DNA of 64,000 nt from Haliotis rufescens (taxonomy: Eukaryota): positions 32,674,001 through 32,738,000 of the forward strand of contig NW_025964112.1 of NCBI RefSeq assembly GCF_023055435.1, given 5' to 3'. This document shows positions 1 through 11,900 of the stretch, in pieces; within the stretch, counting starts at the first letter, position 1, and each line of letters begins with the position of its first letter. Under the pieces are notes generated by a model that worked only from the letters and a program-made list of their open reading frames with translations, was not told where the DNA came from and did no database searches. The translations under genes were made by a program, and so were the position numbers.

Positions 1-330
1 CTGCCCCAGTCTTGTCCTCTGAACCTCAAATGCTGTCTACACCAAACTAGGCGTGTCTGACGGTTACGTGGATGCAAACCTGCGCGTATCGCTGAAGGTC
101 GGGGCCTGATGTTGTGCTTCCTCAACTGGTTGCGAACGTTTCTGCCACTTATTGATCTCAACCCAGAGTTTGTACGAGCTGATAACATGGCAGTTTGATA
201 TCGATTCCGTAGATGCACCAACCGAATATGTTTGTCGTGTTGACGTGACGTCACACACGGAAGACCGGCCCGTGGCAAGTCATGAATGTCGCCCTGCCGC
301 TGTTTCAAAAGAGACAATATTAGGTTTTGA
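1..330 (-). mobile_element. Tc1-like transposase remnant (HTH/N-terminal part), running off the left edge; lies in an intron of the channel gene
   Basis: Manual minus-strand translation gives LVHLRNRYQTAMLSARTNSGLRSISGRNVRNQLRKHNIRPRP...RQTRLVWCRQHLRFRGQDW. This parallels the Tc1 at 51-52 kb (VLHLRNRFLT...VSRQTVTRRL...ARLTWCRQ). Confidence 0.8.
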
Positions 331-1244
331 TGAGCACCTGATAACTACACATTTACTGTGTTCTGAGTGTGTGAGTAGTGTGCTCCCCAAAATAATTATC
401 ATATTATATACGAATGATTTTATAATTTAATTTATTGATTTTGCATATCATCAGGTGTTTAGGATATATATATATACTAGTATGTGTGTGTGTGTGGGTT
501 TGGGTGGGTGTCGGTGTGTGGGTGGGTGTTTCGAATATGATAAAACTACATGTTTCTAATCGTTCTAAAATTCTAAAGTACACATCCGGGGGGAGCGGTC
601 AAAAGTCGTGTTGATGTTACTGACTTTCTCAATTTTTCTGTCTACAAATTGATGCCATACTTGCATATTATATTCAGGGATGCACACATGGTATTTGGAA
701 GCCTTATCTGAGTAAACCAGTAATTGAAAGATGTACTTAAAGCAAATTGACTTAATTCCTGGTGATGCCGTCATCAGCAATGTCACGGTCAGCATAGAAT
801 GGGTAGGGCTTGACACAACAGTCACAATTCAGGACTGTAATATTTCATGCTAGAATTCTTGATGTCATAGTTATAAAGGATATCCGCCCTCTCCAAGTTG
901 GACATGACAGCAGTATAGATGTGTAATAATGGGGGTGATTTCTGAGTAAAGAACATTTTGCCATTAGTAAGTGAATGTTGTGTAACACCACTGTCAGCAA
1001 TACGTATATAATTAATCCGACAAAACAGTTAATGAAAGAATCAACCACTGGGGCAGGATGTCACAATCAATCTCAACCTGCTCCTAATAACCCGTGTCGG
1101 CTCTCTCAACAAGCATGGGATATTGGGGTCCTATTCTTTCCGGAAAAACACGTGCGAAATTCCTTTAGAATTTGTTGAATTAATAATAAATAATTCATTC
1201 TTGATTAGGGTTGGTAAATACTCTTGTTTCTCTTTTTATTTAAG

Positions 1245-1672
1245 GTATATATCTGGCACTGATCTTGTTTGTTGGAGCGAGCACGACCGTCATCACCGTG
1301 ATCAATATATACCTATTTCACAAACTGTCTAAAACACCCGTCTCGAAATCTGCAAGAGCCTTTGTCTCCACCGTCCTCGTGAACATGGCCGGCTGGAAAA
1401 GACAGGATCAACGCGTGCAAAAAGCGAGCTCATCTTCAAAAGTGAAAATCGTTCCATACGAGGACACTGAAATGAATCAGAATCCGAGCAAGCGCCAGGC
1501 CGAGGAGCCGGACCCCGAAATGTTCTCGAAGGAACCACCATTCTATTCATGGCGTGAAATAGCTCTCATGTCTGACATCATGTGGTTCCGAGTGTATGCA
1601 ATGTTCGTAATGATCGTCACGATTGTGTTCATGATCTGCCTGCCTGTGGGAGGCCACCTGAACTATGTCTGA
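1245..1672 (+). CDS. Terminal exon of a Cys-loop ligand-gated ion channel (nicotinic acetylcholine receptor-like) subunit: TM3, cytoplasmic loop, TM4
   Basis: Acceptor tctttttatttaag|GT at 1244/1245 (phase 1). Translation (G)IYLALILFVGASTTVITVINIYLFHK (TM3) ... SWREIALMSDIMWFRVYAMFVMIVTIVFMICL (W-x-x-IA-x-x-x-D motif then TM4). Stop at 1670-1672. Upstream exons are not visible in the window. Confidence 0.85.
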
Positions 1673-1779
1673 ATTGAAGGACATGGTGAAAGGTCTGCGT
1701 CTTCGCTTGTCCGACCACTTGTCTTAAAAACAGAATAGCATTATTTGGCAATTCATATTGATTTTTATGTTACCGTACC

Positions 1780-1780
<1 letters not shown>

Positions 1781-1827
<47 letters not shown>
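1781..1827. repeat. (TTA)n microsatellite
   Basis: Seen directly; it explains the poly-Tyr ORF. Confidence 0.97.
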
Positions 1828-2027
1828 TTAGTATGTATACTTTGCAAACCTCTATCGCTTTTGAAATAAAACATACGTACCACCATCCTGTTTTTGCACT
1901 ATCAAAGTTTCACTCTGAAACAATTTTAGTGGCAGGCAATTTCTTTTTTTCCAATAGTCTGAAGCATAATTATTTTTTCACGAATGTTCGGGATAATTGA
2001 GCCTAATGATGACAGGGTCTTAGTGCG

Positions 2028-2170
2028 GACGCTGTCGCACTACTCTCAATCTCTGTGACGCTGTCGCACTACTCTCAATCTCTGTGACGCTGTCGCACTA
2101 CTCTCAATCTCTGTGACGCTGTCGCACTACTCTCAATCTCTGTGACGGTGTCGCACTACTCTCAATCTCT
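2028..2170. repeat. 29-bp minisatellite, about 5 copies
   Basis: Unit gacgctgtcgcactactctcaatctctgt repeated head-to-tail from 2028, 2057, etc. Confidence 0.95.
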
Positions 2171-2859
2171 TTTCTTGTACATTCAATCCGTCAACCGGTT
2201 ATATGGCATTGGGGGAGATAGAGTGCGCACCTTCACTCTGTTAATCACCCGACATTAGTTCTGCTACAAGAAATATGTACATCGGTCAAAACCTGAGATC
2301 AAGTAGGACAACATTCTGTTTTCCTGGTTGAAAAGGTTACAGAAATAGCCCACAGCGTGAAGTACCTCTCTATACCACGGTGGCTTGTTGTGGGGATAGG
2401 AGATCCGATGTTCAGTCGTTGAACTGACCAGGTAAAACTCCGAGGCTGGGGCTTAACTGACGACATCAACAATTGAACATCGGATAAACGAGTGGTCTAA
2501 TTTATTTGAACAATCGACAGCGTTCCTTCTACAAACATGTTTTAATACCGTATGTACAAATACATTCACGAACTGCTTTACTGTGAGAAGAGTGGTAATG
2601 CACGTGAACACATCTATCAATCACCTACATATTACTTGCCCATGTTGATGGGTCTATAATGTCTAGCCCTGATCGAGAAAATAGTAGTTTTAACGAAACA
2701 CTACCAAACGTACGTTCAATGTACAGAAAAAGCCATACTGAATAAATCACATATTTATATAATATCCCCGTCCCCAAACGGATTAGTCTTGATGTAAGTA
2801 AGTATGACATTGCTCATTCTACATAACTTTTTCCATATTGCCATGACATTTATTTTTCC

Positions 2860-3190
2860 CGGCCGCGTCTTACCAAAAGACGGTACAAGGTACTTGTTGT
2901 TACCCTGCCTGGCGCTCGGCATTAAGGGGCTAAAACAAGGACTGGTCGGCTCGGAGTCAGCATACTGTGTCTGAGTGGGGTATTCATGTTAAACTGCGAC
3001 ATGGTATCTCATTGGGCTAGAGCTATAAAATCGGCATTATTTCGGACTAGTACAGGCACACACGCACACATGCGCATACGCGCACGCACACACACGCACA
3101 CACACACGCACGCACACACACACACACGTGCATGCACGTCGCAATATAAGTGCAATAATCTTGAACGCGAAGTTAAACCTCATTCACCTC
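2860..3190 (+). mobile_element. SINE family A (Meta/MESC-domain-like), partial, with (CA)n tract
   Basis: Core gtacttgttgttaccctgcctggcgctcggcattaagggg...aggactggtcggctcggagtcag...catgttaaactgcg recurs at about 8.2, 20.1, 35.9 and 60.2 kb. The 35.9-kb copy has tRNA-like A/B boxes. The domain name is from memory. Confidence 0.75.
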
Positions 3191-4009
3191 ACCTTATATT
3201 ATATCCTAAAGAGTAGGCGATATTCGAAAATAATAAATGATGACAGAATGAAAAAGAGGTATCGAGATGTGGTATTAGCTGGATAAGGCAAGGAAGGACC
3301 AGATGGAACATGGCAATCAACAACACATGTCGGTGGTGTAGTGTAAGGAGGATTCAAACAACCAAGAAAGACGACGGGTGTGTAGTGAAAAAATGAAAGT
3401 TTGAGATGACTTGATCAATAATGGGTTATACTCCACAATTGGTCAAACATTCGTTTATATGGCGTGGCATGAATGAATCTCCCAGAGACAATTTGAAGGC
3501 GTTTTGTCCACTCCTTTCGCACCTGGTCCAGTCCGGTCCAGTCTTCTTCCCGAAGCAAGGGAGTTAACGGACTAGAAAAGTTCAGCTTCAACCATTGCCG
3601 AACTAGGCTGGAATTATAGAGTTATATACTGGCTGGGCTAACGAGTCCAATTAAAATCGCGTTACGAAATCTATATCCGGTGTGTTGGCGCGTTACGGGT
3701 TTTGGTTCCGAGAACTCCGACAGTCATGTTTCAGGCCTGAACAGCTGCTGTCAGTCAATAACGACAGGTAGACAGCTTGCGCGTATTCAACTGTTTGTCT
3801 GCTGTCCAATCCATGGCCGAATGTCATTCATTCAACTTACATGGGTAAGTTTCTCTTAACGTAATAAGATACATTTTAAAGATACGTGTCATTAATGGAA
3901 GATGGACGATTTATAATTTTTTGAAAGGTTGGCTCAACCGTACTTCCGTACTTTTTTTAATTCATGAGAAAAATGTGTGACGCCCATTTCTGGTCTCCCC
4001 GTCCGTGAA

Positions 4010-4290
4010 ATTTCATTTTATACAGCGGGATAAGCATTCCTATGTTTTGGAAATTCATCAAAACAGAATACAGAATAAAAAAATCACATACATATAAAGC
4101 ACAAATGTACATGGCATTTATTTTTAAACAATTAGGAGGAAAACCGTTTATACCGTGAGCTTTGTGAGATTTCAATCCTTTAATAGCAGCTCCTATTTCA
4201 TAACCAGTTTCAGATAACAAATCTGTAGTTTTACAACACTTACAATGTTCGTAATCATGTTTCACAATGAAGTCTTTAACCTTTTTATCA
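4010..4290 (-). mobile_element. LINE reverse-transcriptase N-terminal fragment
   Basis: ORF 3957-4265 contains EIGAAIKGLKSHKAHGINGFP...IGMLIPLYK, typical of the pre-RT region of APE-type LINEs. Confidence 0.7.
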
Positions 4291-4294
4291 AAAC

Positions 4295-4342
4295 GGAGCG
4301 GTCGGGCAGCCTAGTTGTTAAAGCGTTCGCTCGTCACGCCGA
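4295..4342 (+). mobile_element. tRNA-derived SINE family B, 5' part
   Basis: gcagcctagttgttaaagcgttcgctcgtcacgccgaagacaagggttcgattccc (A and B boxes). Same family at 15665-15822 and 40037-40200. Confidence 0.8.
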
Positions 4343-5011
4343 AGACAAGGGTTCGATTCCCGACTCACCCACTGACCCACTCTTATCAAAACCACTATGC
4401 GGTTCACTGTTAACACGATCATATTTTACGGTCAGTTGATTGAACTGCGCACTTAACTTTCCGCATCACAGTGAATTCTAATGGGGGGTTTTCAAGCCAA
4501 AGTTTACGGTAAAAACAAATGATATTATCCCGCAATGTATAACGATTTGGTTCTGCAACTGTTGGCGATAAACGTTTGCATAAATAATCAGGTAAGATAG
4601 GGTTCAACATTTTGGAGGTTGGCAATGTAAAGCGATTTCTTCTTTCACTCGAGGAAGTTGGATTAGTTCATAGGAAATTCTATCATAACGTGTTCCAGGA
4701 ACTGCACCATATACTCCATTCCAGGATGACACATTGTTGTTTTGTACAGTTATACAAATATAACTACAATATTGGAATAGTTAGGATAAACACCATATAC
4801 ATAGTTTCCAGGGTTATCTTTGGGATGCGATTTTTAAAGGAATTTAAAGGATATAAATTCAGGAATATACAGTTGAATATTCCTGGAGGGGACAGGACAT
4901 ACGGCATGTCCAGCTCCTATGATGACAGTGCTTTAAGCTGGAACGAAATGATCTAGACATACCAGCCCCCTCACTTCAGAATGTGAAATGGAGGTTCCAA
5001 AACAACCATAT

Positions 5012-6791
5012 TTAAGCAAAGCGTACATTAAGTGACACCACTACAATTATCAAACACACAACACTGCAAACAAGGGCGATTTTCTTCCAGTGTTCTTTCA
5101 AATACTCCCGCCAGTCAGGCTCCTGATGACAGCAATGCAACAACACGCGGTGAAACATATACTCATTGTCCATATCATTGGGGAGAATGTGTCCATTTTT
5201 GATAAACAGCCTTAATGTTTGTTTGACGGTAGATTCCAAGTCGCTTGGAAGGTCGATGCCTACTTCAGAATCTTTTCCGACTGACGCAATGATAAGAATT
5301 GATGAAGGCAAACCTGAGGGTGAAATGTGACAGAATCTATATTTGTGATCAACTTATTTAACAGTTTGTATTTCTCTCGAATAGGAGGCAAAATGTTTGA
5401 AATAACGCAATCAGCACTCAACATGAACACTTTAAGGCTGTTTTGAAATAAATATGTCAACTCTTTCTGAATATATTTAGTTCTCCTTCTCCATATATCA
5501 ATACTGGATTATTCTCCTTGTTATAGGTGCACGCCTACATACAACCGATATATTTGAATATAATCACCTACCCCGTAATGTGTCAACAATGAGTTCCTCT
5601 TCATCTTTAATGCGAGATGAAACTTGATATATGACGAGGTGGGGGAAATCCTTTTTTAACTTCGATCCCTTCGCTCTGTATCGCATCACATTTTGGAAGA
5701 ATTCGTCTTCTAGACTTTCGGCGTTATTGCTTCTCGGGATGATGATAGTATTTGCTCTCAGTATGTTCTCTACAAGATAAATGCTGAATGTTACATTGGC
5801 CTCTCGGTATAGGAGGCATGTGTTGCAACTATAGGATGTTGTTACGGCAAAAAGGTGACATATTTAAAAATGATTACTATCATTCAATATTACTCTGATT
5901 AGGAAGGAAATTGCTTGGCATCAACCCTTTAATGACAAATGTGTGGTGACTCGAACACCAGGACAATAATTCCCACACACAGAAAGTAAAACTACTTTGG
6001 TTTAGGTGAAGACTCGTGTGTGATAATGAACATCTAGTAGAAACTGTGGTTGATATCATAGCCATATCGCTCATGTACTGTTATCGCAGAGTTTGCTAAG
6101 AGGGCGGTGAATTTTAGTGCCTCTTGGCCACTGAAAATGTCAAACTATAGACACAGTAAATTTGGATCTATTTGTATAAATATTATCAGATGTTCAAATG
6201 GCGGACAACTAGCCTTTTTTTTAGCTTATTACACCTGCACGTTTTGCAATCCTGTGGTGACAAGTTCACCAGATTAGCTTAAAGAAGTGAAAAAGACCGA
6301 TTTATTCTTTAGAACTCCAAGAGAAAAAAATATGTTTTTATATTTTATATATCTTTTGTTTATCCACATCTAAGAAACTAGATGGACGGAAAAATGTTGT
6401 TACTTAAATATTAGAAAAAAAAGCTTCTTGAAAACATGAGATGTTTTAACACATTCTAGCGTCACTATACAAATAGTATTGCCAATAAGCTCCATACGTC
6501 TACGGATCTCACTCTAACATGAAACAAGTCTTATAAGTTGTTTATATGAAGACATCGGACAACCTCCATAACCATGTTTAAAAAAATACCTTTTCTTAAA
6601 TCGTGCATCCAATGGGGCCATTATCATACTTTGTTTTTGTGCTTAGTAATTTGCAAGTGCTCAAAGGAAGCAGAGGGTTTACCTTCCACTATACTAAACA
6701 CTCGAACAATGTATTCCAACTTACCCATGTCACTCCTTCCATGCATTCCCATGCTCTTGTATGTTACTGGACTGGCTGCAACCTTGGACAT
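5012..6791 (-). CDS. GIMAP/AIG1-like degenerate GTPase with C-terminal TM anchor, paralogue 1 (188 aa)
   Basis: Exons 6791-6725 (ATG; 67 nt), 5769-5572 (198 nt) and 5313-5012 (302 nt). Introns are GT-AG, phase 1/1, and the frame is open: MSKVAASPVTYKSMGMHGRSDM/ENILRANTIIIPRSNNAESLEDEFFQNVMRYRAKGSKLKKDFPHLVIYQVSSRIKDEEELIVDTLR/GLPSSILIIASVGKD...WKKIALVCSVVCLIIVVVSLNVRFA. The gene model is well supported by four copies; the family call is inference from motif resemblance. Confidence 0.75.
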
Positions 6792-7532
6792 CCTGGAAAC
6801 ATATTAGTCAGCGGATGTTAATGAAAGTCTGTTTGTTTAATTACATGTGCGTAAGAGTTTTACACCATCATCGAAACCACAAATCGGAACAGGGTAATGA
6901 AAATATAAATCGTAATTGAAAAGTGTAGTCAGGGATGAAGCACGTCTTAAGACTTTGTAAGCAAATAACCTTAACGTCGAACTGACTCTCATCCACAAGC
7001 TAAGAAAACCGACCTACATACGCCTACAAAATAGCAAACCTGTTGACTATCTTGAATATGATACCTTTATGAATATGTCATCATTACAGAATTGGCCTTA
7101 TTGTCTTCCACGAACAATTGCATCCATGTAATCAAAGAACACATTACGTCATTTAGCAAAAAGAGATATTGAAAAAAGAGTGCAGGTAAAGGTCCCCTTA
7201 CAAGACTCTCAATCGATGACAAATGCATCTGATATATTTAATGTACATGACAAATTGATATAGCAGGTCGAGTTTAGGGATGTATATACATACATATACG
7301 GGGCTCGTCTGTTTGTATATATATATACATGTATATACACAGATACATCTTTTGTATGATCCCTGGCTCGGTTGTCAATGTTAAGACAATCTTATGAATA
7401 TAGATTCTATGAAAGGACAGTTTTAATGAAGATCAGGTTTGTCTAAACACAAACTCCATCTGACCAACGGCTGTGCTCTGCAATCATAACAGTAGATTTA
7501 GTGAACATAATAAAACGTGTTTAGTGAGAAAA

Positions 7533-7736
7533 ACTTACCTGTTTACAGCTAGCCCTGTTGAAACGTTCTTCTCTTCAGATCGTCAAATAAATACTGTGCA
7601 GGAGCTGGTATAATATTGAGTTATCAGCCTCGGTTTCATGCATGCAATGTCTGCCTGTTAGACAGCAATTGGACCGTGACACAGAGCGCTCAACTCACTT
7701 CCCATAGCAGAGGATATTCGACAGCTACAAGTAAGT
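7533..7736. promoter_or_regulatory. Putative bidirectional promoter with two outward-facing non-coding first exons (copy 1)
   Basis: Minus-strand donor CAG|GTAAGT (acttac, 7533-7538) and plus-strand donor CAA|GTAAGT (7731-7736). The block is conserved at 19545-19729 and 59661-59862. Confidence 0.55.
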
Positions 7737-8204
7737 GGTATTAACGTTATTTTCATCACGAGTGCTTTAATAATGATATCAACAGCAGAAGTACTATATG
7801 TCTTTATTCATAATACTGAGAGGCCATAGGCCTATAGTACATGTTATCTAGTAAAGGGTGTATATACATTTATTAGGTAACACATGTGGAACTCCTTAGT
7901 TTCCTAGTATTTTTCGTTACTAGCAGCAGCAGAAGTAAGGTCCTATTATTTACAGAAGCTGGCAGCCTTCTAAGAAAAAAAGTATAACCTATTATCTTTA
8001 AAAGTGGACACCTAACTCTATTTGAAGTTACTAGTTTTAAGATGTGCACATTTTAGGTCAGTGTAATGATTTTTTATACAGAAAACAAAAAAACAAGGTA
8101 TGCAGAGAAGTTATAATCAATAATTATTTTGTCTTCAATGATGAATTTAACTATTTTGACCATACATTGTTTTTTTATTATTTGTATTTGATGTCATCTT
8201 CGTC

Positions 8205-8385
8205 TCGCCATGGTGGTTCGAGCCCCTGGCCTCGCCATACTACAATACGTTTAAAAAGGCACTTGTTATTATCGTTCCTGCAGCCAACATTAAGGAGATA
8301 AATCAAGGAATGCCGACTCGAGTCAGTAGGGTATCCATGCTAAACTGCGGCATGGTATCTTAGTGGGCTAGAACTATTTAACTGA
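8205..8385 (+). mobile_element. SINE family A copy, part of the duplicated unit
   Basis: ggttcgagccc...cgccatac...gcacttgttattatc...gactcgagtcag...catgctaaactgcggcatggtatctt; same position relative to the promoter block as the copies at 20.1 and 60.2 kb. Confidence 0.7.
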
Positions 8386-10899
8386 CAANNNNNNNNNNNN
8401 NNNNNNNNNNNNNNNNNNNNNNNNNNNNNNNNNNNNNNNNNNNNNNNNNNNNNNNNNNNNNNNNNNNNNNNNNNNNNNNNNNNNNNNNNNNNNNNNNNNN
8501 NNNNNNNNNNNNNNNNNNNNNNNNNNNNNNNNNNNNNNNNNNNNNNNNNNNNNNNNNNNNNNNNNNNNNNNNNNNNNNNNNNNNNNNTAAGCTGTTAAAC
8601 CCTAACCCCATCTCACTTCATCTCTAATGTTGTATGTAACTGTAGAGGTTTCATGCCTCATTAAACTTTGTAAATGTGTATGACAGACCTTTTTATTACA
8701 TTCTACACCTAAATTGCACATTATGAGAAATGGTCAAGTATTCTCTATAAGAGTAAATCAGTATCAATAAAATCGTAACATAGTGTTAGCTTCAATATCG
8801 AAAACATAAATAAAATGTTTTGGTATATTTGTATCGGAATACATAGGTAGAAAGAGAATAATGCATTTTGAAAACACACTTCTCTTGATTAATCCTGACA
8901 TGGGAGATGTTGTCATTGAAATTTCGCAAAATTAAGTAACGTTGCTTTGATAAATTAGACAATGTCGTCGGTATCCCCGCCATTTTAGGTATGCTGTGTG
9001 TTAAGTAACACTGCCAGCAATATTCTAGCTATATTATGGCGGTCTGATATGATACAGTTTGGAGCAACTTGTTGCATTGTAAACGCGAAAAGAACTACAA
9101 AAATGTCAAACTCCAGAATGACAAAAGGCAGAGTTAAACACTTACCTGAAGTGTACATAAAGTTTCACGATGAACGGTTTAGGAGTTACATGTATGCTCC
9201 AGAAATGAAACGTGACAGATGAACTGTCTGTATCCCTGTGTGTTAGATTTAGCCATTTGTGTGAAAACATAATTTATCATAACTACTCGTACATCATAGT
9301 ATCCATCAAATACTATCTTTAATTTACGTACTGCTAAGATTTCTTTTCCTAACGTCTGAATTAACGACCTCTTATTTTCTGTTTGATGTATTTAATCTAA
9401 CCTACTGGCGCAATAAAAACAACAACATTTAAACAACAAACATGGCGCCGGACGAAACCGGGAAGCTCGGTCACTTCGCACTGCATTTGAAGCAGAACTG
9501 TTACAATAGGGAAAAGTTGTTGTTTTATAAATAACGTATAATAGGAACTACTAACCAGTAAATCTTTACTGGATGTGAAATATCTTCACTGTCGACTAAG
9601 AAATGTCAGTGTTGCGAAGCCCGGCTAATGCCGCTTGTCGGCTACTTCGTTACCGGTAGTTCCAGCAAAATGTTATTTTCGCTGCAGTGAAGATACCACT
9701 TTTCTGCCATTGTGGTGAAAATACCACCTTTCCTAAACTTTAGAAATCTCTGTCTTTCACACTTAAGTATATGAAAAATATTTATAAAACCTTTTTCTAA
9801 GGTGTATCCTTACTTACAGTTGTGATGGAAACACACGTCTCTTTACGATATGTGCATTGTTTGGCTTCAATCACATCTTAACACTGAAGTTTAGGTACAG
9901 TTTCGTCAATACTTTCATCAGCCAGGCTGCGAGTGCGGTCTCGGATTATGCCCTTGCTGAAATTTAAGGTCTTGTGAGCAGGACAGCTAACGGTTAGATC
10001 AACCAGCTTACTTGATGTCATGAGATTGATAGCCTCTGTTTTCTTGTACATTCAATGAAAATATATACGGATATATCTACGTGCTGTATTGGTGCAATTG
10101 AGGCTGATAGCAATACGACACACACACATTCTGTACAGTAGTAAGTCAAAGATATGGATTCAGGTTGATTGCAAGATGGCCATAACCTAGTCAGGGTGCT
10201 TTTTGTGACCGAGTCTGAGGCGTGCAATGGCTATTTCAGTTTTCATTTCATTTGAGTATGAGTGTGGCTTTGGGTAGATCTTTGGTTGAATTTTGCACAG
10301 CCATCTGACGATTTACTGCAGGACTGTCGGAAATGCTAGAAAATACTTTTCTGGTTTCACTTAATGTATACGAATCAGAGGGCTATGAAAATAGCATCTA
10401 TCAAAATATCGCAAATGTACCTAATCTAGCCTATCCTAACTGACACTGTGATTAGACTCAAAAGCTACTTTTACGGGTAAAATGATGAAAAACTTACAAA
10501 ATATGCGTGTGTGAACTGGCCTGTAGCCTGAGGTAATTACCTATTACCTGTCCCGAGTTGATGACCTCACACCAGCTTGTGCACTGTCACAGGTGCAAAT
10601 GGTCTAAATATATTGCTGTTATTGTACTTTATTGAGACATGCGTTAAGATATGTACTGCATTATATTTGCTTGGAAAATGATGGAATAGTTTAAAGCTAT
10701 TAAACTGAGTGACTATTGGAAGTTTGGAATTTTTTAATCAAGAAATATTTGCTGTTCTACAGATGATTTCTTTAGCCAGCATCTCACTCATCTGATAACA
10801 TATCTGAATCTGCACTATCACTCAAAGGTATGACAACCAGTGCAACAAGGCTGATATATACGCCACCATGTTGGCGGTACTGACGTGATCTTCAAGCCT

Positions 10900-11900
10900 T
10901 TTGCCATACCTCTGGTGTAATTCTAGAATAGACTGCATTGATCAACCGTTTGGCATGTGTGAGTTTGAATGCATTGTTGTGTCTTACCACAAACCCTTTA
11001 CAGTTAGCCCAGCTAATTTCAATAGATTAGAGCTCAAAATGTCTGATTGGTGCACATAAAACGTGACCGTGTTGTGCCGCCAGGACATGTCTTGTACTTT
11101 ACTGGTGTATATTTTAGGCAAAGTTTCTCCTTGAGTTGAACTATCGTTTCAGTTGGTCTGAAGTTGACATTGCAAGACGTCAGATATTCCTGCATTGTGT
11201 TAATTCATAGCTGTAGGTGGTGTTCCAACTAATATATGAACACATCGCCATGATAATCACCAGTTTCCTTTTTTCGCCTCGAACACTAGCTCACATCCAT
11301 TAATAAGTGCCATGGGTTCCGGCGTGCCAAACAATGACAGGATTACCTTTACCTGATGGTACCATGGCTGCTTTTCGTCCTTCTGACGTAAGCCACTTTC
11401 AGTCAGAGGAATCACTATTATTCATCCAGGTTTCATCAAGGTAAATGATCTGGGAGCCCTGACTGCGATTGTCAGATATAATGTGACCTTATAGACAGGA
11501 TGGAATATTTTTCCCTGAAAACTGCTCGGTTATCTATCGCCACGTGCAGTGTTTCGAAATCAATAATTAATGTAGTCCGGGACACATTAATTGTGGAGTT
11601 TAACTTCCACCCGAATTCTACTACAGGTTAGGGATACCTTCTGCTCATTAAGCGTATACACAGCATGCCGAATCACCCCTGTATCAAAGCTGCCTTATAT
11701 CCTTTACATCTCGGTTTTGTTTTTAAGATGACCCTTACCTTCTTTGTTTTATTTACCACACCATAGACTTGGAATGAAAGTTCCAGAGCTTGGGCAGTCC
11801 GGTAACATACCGTATCTAAACTAATAAATGTTTTCCCTCTGTTTCACTCAAGTGTAATGTGTATACATATCCCACTACATACTCTATGTCGTGTACCATG
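10900..11900 (-). mobile_element. Degraded IS630/Tc1-superfamily transposase with long D-E spacing (Sailor-like)
   Basis: Minus-strand motifs IIYLDETWMN...W...PSGKG..VIVWHAG, VIIM(DN decayed) and VLCAPIRHFEL*SIEISWANCKGFVVRHN. About 77 codons separate the second D position and the E. Stops and frameshifts present. Confidence 0.65.

Noticed and set aside
2400-2490. Imperfect hairpins (atccgatgttca...tgaacatcggat; similar at ~9580-9695) as ncRNAs
   Set aside because: Short imperfect palindromes typical of non-autonomous transposon relics; no recognisable RNA family.
4295-4342. tRNA gene (also 15665, 35882, 38690 and 40037)
   Set aside because: A/B boxes are present, but these are diverged heads of repeated SINE families; full copies have SINE bodies, simple-repeat tails and in one case a TSD.
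4612-4956. Plus-strand ORF repeated at 16565-16759
   Set aside because: Antisense to the duplicated 3' flank/UTR of the GIMAP-like genes; non-ATG start, and the frame is broken by indels between copies.
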